Source of the DNA: Octopus vulgaris
Taxonomy: Eukaryota
Assembly: GCA_951406725.2 (NCBI GenBank)
Contig: OX597814.1
Coordinates: forward strand, 191,766,001-191,830,000
Length of the DNA stretch: 64,000 nt
Direction: 5' to 3'
The notes beneath the pieces were generated by a model. The model saw only the letters and a program-made list of their open reading frames with translations, was not told the DNA's origin and ran no database searches. Positions 55,248 through 64,000 of the stretch are shown here, piece by piece; within the stretch, counting starts at the first letter, position 1; the number at the start of each line of letters is the position of its first letter. The position numbers were made by a program, and so were the translations under genes.

Positions 55248-55602
55248 GACTACAGCATGGCTTAGCGGTCAAGGTTCTTCCAACCACGATCATAAGGTTC
55301 TGAGTTCAATAACTGGGAGCATGTTAATCCTTGAGTAAGACATTTTACTTCACATTATTCCAGTTCACTCAGCTGGCAAATATCTGTAGTACTTGTATTT
55401 CAAAGGGCCAACCCTGTCACATTCTGTGCCCTGCAGAATCTTCTCTGAGAATTATGCTAAGAGTATATATGTTTCTGCATGTTAATTTCACGAGCAGGCT
55501 AGTCCGTTGAGTGGATCAACTGGAACCCTCATTGATGTAACCAACACTGCCAGATTGGATTTTTCTGACTACAAGTATTGCCATTATATTATTAATTTAT
55601 TC

Positions 55603-55970
55603 ATTTACTTGTTTCAATCATTTGACTGTGGCCATGCTGGAGTGCCACCTTTAGTCGAGTACATCAACCCCAGGACTTATTCTTTGTAAGCCTAGTACTT
55701 ATTCTCTCGGTCTCTTTTGCCAAACCGCTTAGTTACGGGGACATAAACACACCACCATCGGTTGTCAAGCGATGTTGGTGGGACAAACATACATATACAT
55801 ATATACGACGGGCTTCTTTCAGTTTCCGTCTACCAAATCCACTCACAAGGCTTTGGTCGGCCCGAAGCTATAGTAGAAGACACTTGCTCAAGGTGCCTTG
55901 CAGTGGGACTGAACCCAGAACCATGTGGTTGGCAAGCAAGCTACTTACCACACAGCCACTCCTGTGCCTA
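55603..55970 (-). mobile_element. SINE A (young)
   Basis: Near-consensus copy. Confidence 0.9.
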
Positions 55971-56494
55971 TGTGAACCTTTTTATAATTACTGAGATTAT
56001 TTTGAAACAAATGAGAAACTGGTTTAATTAAATTAACAGCACAACCCCCCAAGTTTTTTTTTTTTAACATATATATTTTATAACAGTAATAAATTGTGTG
56101 TATATTTCTTTAAACTTTCCTGTCATGAATTTATATTCCTAGTCTTGTTTGTTTTTAGTATAGGAAACAATATAAGCATTGTTTATTTAGTAATATAAAC
56201 AACTGCTGTTAAGAAACAAGGATGTATGGAGTGACTGATAGGCATTTTCATGCATTTAATGTAAGGCAAGTTGATTAGAAGAAAATAGTTAAGAATTACT
56301 TTGGGTGCAGTGGTCAGTTTAGGATCACTGACCTAAAAATTGATTTTTCTGTTGCATTGTTAGGTTCTTAGAAAATGCCCTTAACTCATTTCTCAGCAAA
56401 CCTTTCTCATTTCACAGTTGAATGGTTTGTGTTAGATGGCCAACAACTTGTAGAAATCATGCTTATCAACAAAAATAATGTAAACATCTACATC

Positions 56495-56760
56495 CATACA
56501 TACATGCACATCCATGCATGCATATGCATGCACATCCATGAATGCATGCATGTGCACGCACATCCATGCATGCACATACATACATACATGCACGCACGCA
56601 CACACATCCATCCATACAGGAATGCATGCATGTACACACATCCATACAGGAATGCACGCATGTACACACACACACATCCATACGGGCATGGCACACACAC
56701 ACATCCATATGGGCTTGGCACACACGCACACATGCATACATGCACACATAGATGCATATA
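56495..56760. repeat. Degenerate (CA/CATG)n low-complexity tract with short CACACATCCATAC repeats
   Basis: Direct inspection. Confidence 0.9.
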
Positions 56761-57658
56761 CTTACTGTTGATAGGCCAGTTACTGTGGTATTTATTCTGA
56801 AATAACACGTCATATGGATGTTGTGTCTAAAGCACAATTCTTGCAGAGATGAATGTTCATCCCAGTTGCAGCTATTGAAAGTTCCAGATGCATTTTGCAT
56901 TTTAGGATCCCTTTTCAATAATGCATATTCTCAACCAACTGCATCCTTGAATGCGAATCTGGCACCAATGATATTGAAAACTATGTATAAAGCATTCACT
57001 TATGTTGCAAATAACTGCACATTTGAATAAAATTAGGTGCCACTGAAAAGGCCCCAAAATGCAAAAATGTGTCTGCCATTCTTACTAGCTGCTTCTGCAA
57101 CCTTTCATCTGATATTTGTGGCAGGAAAAATACTGCAGTTAAAGGCCCATCAGTGATGTATATATATTAAATATGATACATAGATGGCTATTTTAGATTT
57201 AATATTTCCTCAATTGCATATACCAGATTCATGTAAAAGCTTTTTTGTATTTATCTGTTGGCTATTGTTTATAAGCCATCTTCAAGTAAGATAAATTAAA
57301 CTGTCAGTTTTGGTTGCTATTTGTTATATCAATGATTATATACAACCATTTCTTAGAGCAGTATTAACTTCCAGTCAACAACTTCCTATAATTTGCAGTC
57401 TCTTTAATTATAACTTATTTCACTTCACCACATTGTTCTATTGTGCTGTTTATTACAAAGAGGAGAATATTTCACTTTTAATGAGTAATTACAAGTGTTT
57501 GTATAATGTTCTATTGTATGACACACTTCACAAATGGATATTTTAGATAAGTGGTTCCATCACTGCTTGCAACTGTAAAGCCTAACACTTGTTCTACTAA
57601 AATGCGTTAACTAATTCTGTGTTTAAAGTGTGTATGACATTTTGATTCTGTGTGCATA

Positions 57659-58280
57659 TAGGCTCAGGCATATTGTGTGGTAACAAGCTTGTCTCCCAAT
57701 CGCATGGTTCCCGGTTCAGTCTCACCGTGTGGCACCTTCGGACAAGTGTCTCCTACTGAAGCCTAGGGCCAGCAAAAGCCTTGTGAGTGGATTTGGTCGA
57801 TGGAAACTGAAAGAAGCATGTTGTATTTGTGTGTGTTTGTCCTCCACTACCACTTGCAATTAGTGTTGATGTGTTTATGTTCCTGTAACTTAGCAGTTTG
57901 ACAAGAGACTGATAGAATAAGTACTAGGCTTAAAAATAAGTATTGAGGTTGATTTGTTCAACTAAAATTGTTCAAAGTGGTGCCCCAGCATGGCCACAGT
58001 CTAAATCCTGAAACAAGTAAAAGATAAAAGATCTGTATGATGTACATCCTGATTTTTAGAATACAATGCATTGCATTCATGTTTGTTGAAAGAGGCAACT
58101 GAAGTGGAAGGACATTTAGCCTCAAAATATCCTGTTCAACTCGCACACATCCACACACAAGTAGCTTCTTTCAGTTTCTGTCCTTTGATTAGCCTGAGGC
58201 TTTAGAAGAGGACACCTTCCCAAGGTACCACACAGTGGGACTGAACCTGGAATCATGTGATTGGGAAGCAAGCTTCTTAC
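57659..58280. mobile_element. SINE A (57659-58030 +) followed by a partial SINE A (58160-58280 -)
   Basis: Family A sequence in both orientations. Confidence 0.8.
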
Positions 58281-58401
58281 CATTCAGCCATACCTGCACT
58301 TATAATATAGTAAAATTTACTTTATTTTTTTTATTTTCAAAACTGAGGCTTCATTCCATCATTGTTCTAAAGGGTATTTTTATATGTTTAATGTGTATTA
58401 A

Positions 58402-58699
58402 GTGGAGGCGCAATGGCCCAGTGGTTAGGGCAGCAGACTCGTGGTCAGAGGATCGCGGTTTCAATTCCCAGACCGGGCATTGTGTGTATTTATTGAGTGA
58501 AAACACCTAAAAGCTCCACAAGGCTCCGACAGGGGGTGATGGTGACCCCTGTTGTACTCTTTCGCCACAATTTTCTCTCACTCTCTCTTCCTATTTCTTG
58601 AGTAACGCTGCAATGGACTGGCGTCCTGTCCAGCTGGGGGGAACATATACGCCATGAGCCTGGCTAGGCTTGAATAGGGCGACATTTATCGTTTATAGT
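58402..58699 (+). mobile_element. tRNA-derived SINE family D
   Basis: GGAGGCGCAATGGCCCAGTGGTTAGG (A box)..GGTTTCAATTCCC (B box); 15-bp TSD TTTAATGTGTATTAA (58387-58401, 58700-58714). Confidence 0.88.
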
Positions 58700-58816
58700 T
58701 TTAATGTGTATTAAACTTCAGACAACGGCTTAGTAATTCTGTGTACTCTATTTAAATATATCTAGGTTGAAGTAATTTGTGTGACTGCAAGTTACTTATG
58801 CAAGCTGTGTAGCACC

Positions 58817-58847
<31 letters not shown>

Positions 58848-58944
58848 CTGTATTTACTTGTGTATTAGTCATACTATTTTATGCATGACTTTCACTTGAG
58901 TGAGGTTTATATTCAGGGCAAAGGTAAAACTATGAAGAGGAAAA

Positions 58945-59248
58945 AAGTTTGTACTAAGATTTAGCATTGCATTGGAGGACTTATGCATGAGTCAATGCAG
59001 CATGTATATGAGGAGAGAGAGAGAGATATAGTGATGCAGATAAACACAATTAGGCTTGATATATATATATAAATATACATACATATACATGTGTATATGC
59101 ATATATAGTAATATATGTATATATCAAGCCAAATCATATTTATCTGCATCACTATATCTCTCTCTCTCTCTCCCCCCTCATATACGTGCTGCACTGACTC
59201 ATGCATAAGTCCCCCCTCCAATGCAATGCTAAATCTAAGTACAAACTT
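58945..59248. repeat. About 300-bp imperfect palindrome centred on an AT-rich microsatellite
   Basis: AAGTTTGTACT.AGATTTAGCATTGCATTGGAGG..GGCTTGATATATA inverted as TATATCAAGCC..CCTCCAATGCAATGCTAAATCT.AGTACAAACTT. Confidence 0.9.
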
Positions 59249-60403
59249 ATAAGCTCACCTGGATTTCTCTTACTGCCCCTCTTTACTCTGATCCTAATCC
59301 TCAATAAAGACTTTGGAGTTTACATTCAAATCATTTGAGCTCTACATGTTTTCTGTATTGAGCATCTCTAGATCTCTCCTTTTGTGTGTGTGTGTGTTGA
59401 CCATACATCTGTACATGTATATGCAAGCCTAGGTGTTTTTTTTTTCTTTGTAAGAAGTTACCCATACATGAAAAGCTCCCCTATCTATGACATGTTTATC
59501 CATGGGAAAGGCTACCGATATGGGCTAATGTAGCTTGATACCAGTGTTATCATAAGTGCTGTGCTATCAGAACAGATACCAGGAAGCCTCTTACACATCC
59601 CTCGAAAAGTTCTGCCAATCCGCTGTCTGAAATTGGTGCTTTTATCAGTGCCAAAAGGATGAACTGCAAAGTTGGCTTCAAGATTTGAACTCAGAAAGCA
59701 GAAAGATGTATCAAATTCTGTAAGGCATCCTATCCCACACTCTTAGGATTGTGCCATATATGACCTTACGGTTGCATCGTACACAGCCTGACAGCTGCAC
59801 CGTACACGACCTGAAGGCTGTACATGACACTGTTGTTGTGGATATCCATTTCCTAAACATAAGTTACAGTAATCCTTGAGTAATCAATAAAAAATAAAGT
59901 ATTATAATTAATTAGTAATTCATTATACTTACAAAATACTTTATAAGTACTTCATAAAACCTGGAAGTTAATCAATCTCCCCACCTTTGTTTTTTTGTGT
60001 TTTTTTTTCATTAGTTACTCTGCAATTTAACCTAGTTTTTTTCATTTGATGTGTTTAATGAGATAAGCCCAGGCACAGTTATGTAGTTGAGAAGTTCACT
60101 TCGCAACCAAGTGATTTTCAAGTTCAGTCCTAATTGGTGGCACCTTGGGCAAGATTCTTCTATTTATATAGCTCTCTGTCAACCAAAACCTGTGAGTGGA
60201 TTTCATTGATGGAAACTGAAGAAGCTGTCGTATAAATAGCAACAGAAGCAGTATTAATACCTAAAGACAATATTTATCTCGATCTTAACTTGGATATTGT
60301 GATAGAACACAGAATACTGCATTATTTTACCTTGAGAGGGCCTCACATAAAAACACTCATATTTACATTGATGGACAAGAACTGTCTTCTCTGGCCTCTG
60401 GAA

Positions 60404-60450
60404 CTGCCAGATCATGTGGTTTTGCCCTGCTTTGGGTTTCTTAGTGACAG
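60404..60450 (-). ncRNA. Decayed minimal hammerhead-like motif
   Basis: Minus: CTGTCA CTAAGAA ACCC-AAAGCA-GGGC AAAA CCACATGA TC TGGCAG; stems I and II intact, core carries several apparent G-to-A changes. Confidence 0.4.
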
Positions 60451-60481
60451 ATATCCATTAGCAGCATAACAGCCAAATCTC

Positions 60482-60521
<40 letters not shown>

Positions 60522-60759
60522 TCATCATCATCATTGTTTAACGTCTGTTTTCCATGCTAGCATGGGTTGGCCGGTTCAACCGGGGTCTGGGAAGCCAGGA
60601 GGCTGCTCCAGTCTAGCAGTGTTTCTACAGCTTGATGCCTTCCCTAACGAGTGTAGTGGGTGCTTTTTATGTGCTGCCGGCACAGGGGCCACAGGGGGCT
60701 GGCAAACAACCACGATCGGTTGGCGCTTTTTATGTAAGATATATATATACACACACACA

Positions 60760-61068
60760 TATAGAAAGAAGTCGAATAAAACTCATCAATTTAGTTAAAA
60801 ATGGAGAAGACAAGTTGTCAAAATATATGAGAATTTTAATTCATGCAGACAATCATTCATGGTAAATTTTGTTTTCACTTCCTGCACTGAAGATTACATT
60901 CATATATATATAATTAAATTAATTTAATCTAATTCAATTCAATCATGAATTTTTATATCTCTGTACGAAATGATCGTCTGCATGAATTAAAATCGAAATT
61001 CTCTTGTATATTTTAATAACTTGCCTTCTCCATTTTTAACTGAGTTTTTTATTGGACTTCTTTCCATA
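60760..61068. mobile_element. Fold-back Penelope-type terminal repeat insertion containing a hammerhead
   Basis: About 100-bp arms (60760-60860 vs 60967-61068) inverted; hammerhead spans the loop and start of the right arm. Confidence 0.7.
60883..60982 (+). ncRNA. Type I hammerhead motif with long AT-rich stem II
   Basis: TGCA CTGAAGA T-TACA..(long insert)..TGTA-C GAAA TGATCG TC TGCA; stem III near-palindromic (A-CGATCG-T with one CpG decay), GUC at 60976-60978. Confidence 0.6.
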
Positions 61069-61231
61069 AATTCACCACACATCATATACAAGTATTACTT
61101 CCATATCTTTGCAAATTTACGCCTGTAAACTACCAGCAAAATATGAAGAATCAACATTAGAAATCTTTTTTGGAAACCTCCAGATTAAAGGACGAATTTA
61201 CATTCAACCTTTTTACACGCACACGCACATA

Positions 61232-61387
61232 TATTTACATGAAGTTGAATATATGTCCGGTCATAGTGACCAATGGTTTCGCATCCCTTGGTCATTAGTC
61301 CAATGAGTCATCTATAAAGCTAAGTGCTTTATAGATGCATGACCATTGCTCATTATGACCGGACATATATTTAACTTCATGTAGATA
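61232..61387. mobile_element. Fold-back element with decayed hammerhead (61261-61306, minus)
   Basis: TACATGAAGTT.AATATATGTCCGGTCATA arms inverted; minus strand CTAATGA CCAAGGGATGC GAAA CCATTGG TC. Confidence 0.6.
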
Positions 61388-61409
61388 CATTACTGCTCTC
61401 TAATCTTCG

Positions 61410-62615
61410 CACGCACGCTGGAAGTAAATAAACACCTTTAATTTTCGAAAATATTTTATTTAATACACAAAGCGAACAACTGAAATGTAATCAATAGGTA
61501 GGACTACATACTTCAGTATTTACTTGACGTTTCCTTTGCAGTTTTTGATTTAGAAACTCTTTTTGGCATTGAACTGATGAGCTTTGCGATTGTCTCTTGT
61601 GGAATTTCTGCTCACTTTTCACACAACTATCGAAACAATTCATCTTTAGATTTAGGTTTCTGTCGAGTTTTTCGTATAGCTCTATCTAGTATGCTCCAAA
61701 GATTTTCAACTGGGTTCATGTCAGGAGATTGGCTTGGCCAAGGAAGCTTTTTGATCCCATTTTCAGTCAGCCATTGTTGATTCCTTTTCGTTCCATGAAT
61801 AAAAACTCATTTTCCATTATGTTATTGTGCGAATACATCGGAAGTTGTCCTTAATTATTTCGATGTATTTTTCAGAGTTTATGGATCCAACACATTCGAT
61901 CAGCTCAGAACAACCATTGCTGGTGGCAGCTCCCCATACCATTACAGAGAAACTGCCATGTTTCACAGTTGGTTGGAGTCGTTTCAAATCAAATTCTTGA
62001 TTGGGAAGCCTTCAGACCCAAATATGTCCACTATCTGAAAATAATGCAAATCTGGTTTCATCTGAGAAAATCACTCTATCCCAAAATAAACTGGATTTTT
62101 CTGACATCTCCTTAGCCTATTCCTTTCTTCTAGCTGCTCATCCATAATAGCCAAGCTTATGCAGATATGTAACACATGTTCTTGGACTAACTTCTAGCTG
62201 TTTTGCAATGTCAGAAGCCTTCGAACAGGGTTCATTTTCCACAATTCTCTTCAAACAGTGAAGCTTCCTTTCCAAAGGCCCAGGTCAGCCGGGACAAGAG
62301 TCTGTTGATTCTTTTCTTTGGCTTTTGAATTGCACTATAATTCTGTTAACAGTAGCAAGAGGAATTTGAAGATTTTTGGTAATTTTTCACTAGCTAAGAA
62401 TAGCCTCAGATTGCCCAACAATACGACCTCTTTGAAAATCTGAGAGTACTGCTGAATTGTTTGTGCATGGCATGGTTAGTCTTCGCAGATGTTTAATATA
62501 ATGGCACCTGGAATGAAAAAGAATTGCATTGTAAATTCTACACCACTGAAAACATTAAGACACTTGAATCAGAAATTTTGAAAATTAAAGGTGTCTATTT
62601 ACTTCCTGCATGTCT
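61410..62615 (-). mobile_element. Decayed Tc1-family DNA transposon
   Basis: Minus-strand remnants [70 protein letters not shown]; TIRs GGAAGTAAATA.ACACCTTTAATTTTC at both ends; frameshifts and stops. Confidence 0.92.
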
Positions 62616-62945
62616 GTGTGTATATATAACGTGTTTGTGTGTGTGTTTCACTCATGTTCACTGGTTTGTAAACAGCTTTCTGCTAGTGCCATTGGCTTGC
62701 AGTACATTATGAAAGGATATCTGGTCTTCTTAACATGTCTTAATATGTTGTATGATCCTTGTAAACAAAATACTCCTTAAACAGTGTAGTTTGTTTTCAG
62801 TTAGCAACATAAAGCATATCCAGTCTATTAGCATATCCAGTCATTTGGCTGGTGACAGAAAGTGCATCCAGTTGTAGAAAAGCTCTGGCTCAACAATGAC
62901 TTGCAGGCATTGGGAAAGCACAGGCATATGGTGTAGTGGTTAAGA

Positions 62946-63177
62946 AGGCGGCGAGCTGGCAGAAACATTAGCACGCCAGGCGAAATGCGTAGCCGTATTT
63001 CGTCTGTCGTTACGCTGTGAGTTCAAATTCCGCCGAGGTCGACTTTGCCTTTCATCCTTTCGGGGTCGATAAATTAAGTACCAGTTACGCACTGGGGTCG
63101 ATGGAATCGACTTAATACCTATGTCTGTCCTTGTTTGTCCCATCTATGTTTAGCCCCTTGTGGGTAATAAAGAAATA
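62946..63177 (+). mobile_element. Young SINE C inserted in the A box of the hammerhead element
   Basis: Perfect 16-bp TSD GGTGTAGTGGTTAAGA (62930-62945, 63178-63193). Confidence 0.92.
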
Positions 63178-63242
63178 GGTGTAGTGGTTAAGAGTGCAGG
63201 CTACTAAACCCAAGATTCTGAGTTTGATTCCAAGCAGTGACC

Positions 63243-63278
<36 letters not shown>

Positions 63279-63325
63279 GCAAAAAATATCTTAGGAATGA
63301 GAATCCAGGTTCAAAATTTCCCCCA

Positions 63326-63370
63326 AACACCTGATGAAGGCCTAGGGTATATCAGCCGAAACATTGTGTT
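63326..63370 (+). ncRNA. Minimal type I hammerhead ribozyme motif (Penelope-type)
   Basis: AACAC CTGATGA A GGC-loop-GCC GAA ACAT T GTGTT: perfect stem I AACAC/GTGTT, both core boxes intact, tiny stem III (ACAT, likely decayed from palindromic ACGT). Confidence 0.7.
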
Positions 63371-64000
63371 AACAACAAACAAGATGAGGACAAATATCTG
63401 TCAAATGTAAATAATGTATTGGAAAAGCAGATGTTAGAATGTTTGCATGGGCAGTTAGACTAAATGATTACACATGGAGATTATCAGTTAGAGAAAGCTT
63501 ACCCATTTAGTTTTGTGCTTCTAAATATTCAATCAAAAATGTTAACTGGATAACATCCACTTCCACGTTTGTTTAGGCCAAAAAATATTTTGTTCTGAAG
63601 ACGAGGGAAAAAAAACTAAATCCAGAAAAAACTCGATCATCTAGTTTCCAGTAATGATTTGCTGTTTAGACTCAGTATATGTAGTAATTGAAAGCTTGAT
63701 TGCATAATTTCCTAATTTATATTTTTGTAAATGAGCAGAGTTTGTGTTTTAGTGTTGTTAATTATTGTTTGGTTCCTTAACATTTTGCCTACCATTTTAG
63801 CTCATTTTGTGCCATATTTTCTTATGCACCAACAATCTAATTTTGTTATAAATTATGCCTTTTTTAAAAGTGTTTTTTTTTTCAAACCATATATATATTC
63901 TAGTTCATTATAGAAACTACCACGTTGATTTACAGCATGGGTATGACAAATGACTCCTGTGCTACACAATAAGTATTATATTGATTCAGTACCACAAGAG

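Larger units (their letters stand above)
62921..63417 (+). mobile_element. tRNA-headed, hammerhead-containing non-autonomous retroelement
   Basis: GGTGTAGTGGTTAAG A box, GAGTTTGATTCC B box, (AAT)n, hammerhead 63326-63370, end AATGTAAATAATGT; TSD ATTGGGAAAGCA (62909-62920) / ATTGGAAAAGCA (63418-63429). Confidence 0.8.

Noticed and set aside
56375-56918. Overlapping 85-150 aa His/Met/Cys-rich ORFs
   Set aside because: Derived from a degenerate CA/CATG low-complexity tract.
58402-58476. Possible tRNA gene (also the heads of SINE A and the 62921 element)
   Set aside because: No complete cloverleaf or acceptor stem; continues into SINE body bounded by TSDs.
61574-61580. CTGATGA hammerhead box
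   Set aside because: Lies in the antisense of Tc1 coding sequence (IAKLISSMPK) with no stem II/GAAA arrangement.

Overview
AT-rich, microsatellite- and SINE-saturated eukaryotic DNA; the repeat landscape (tRNA-headed SINEs with internal (TA/TG)n, (GAT)n-tailed SINEs, RTE LINE relics) points to an octopus-type cephalopod genome (inference, no database check). Nearly the whole window looks like intron of one + strand gene: the only convincing coding exon is 127 bp at 50268-50394, encoding a ceramide synthase (CerS/LASS/schlank-like) segment leading into the homeodomain-like region. A CpG-retaining, largely SINE-free island at about 2.6-6.5 kb may be an intragenic promoter. Mobile DNA: at least six SINE-like families, three decayed RTE LINEs, a decayed Tc1, several hAT, TTAA- and Tc2-type MITEs, and a probable Penelope RT relic. 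The most striking unexplained structure is a set of seven minimal type I hammerhead-ribozyme motifs from about five unrelated repeat families. Several sit in fold-back (inverted) insertions, and one family joins a tRNA-derived Pol III head to a hammerhead plus a Penelope-style 3' end. Almost all ORFs in the supplied track are repeat artefacts.
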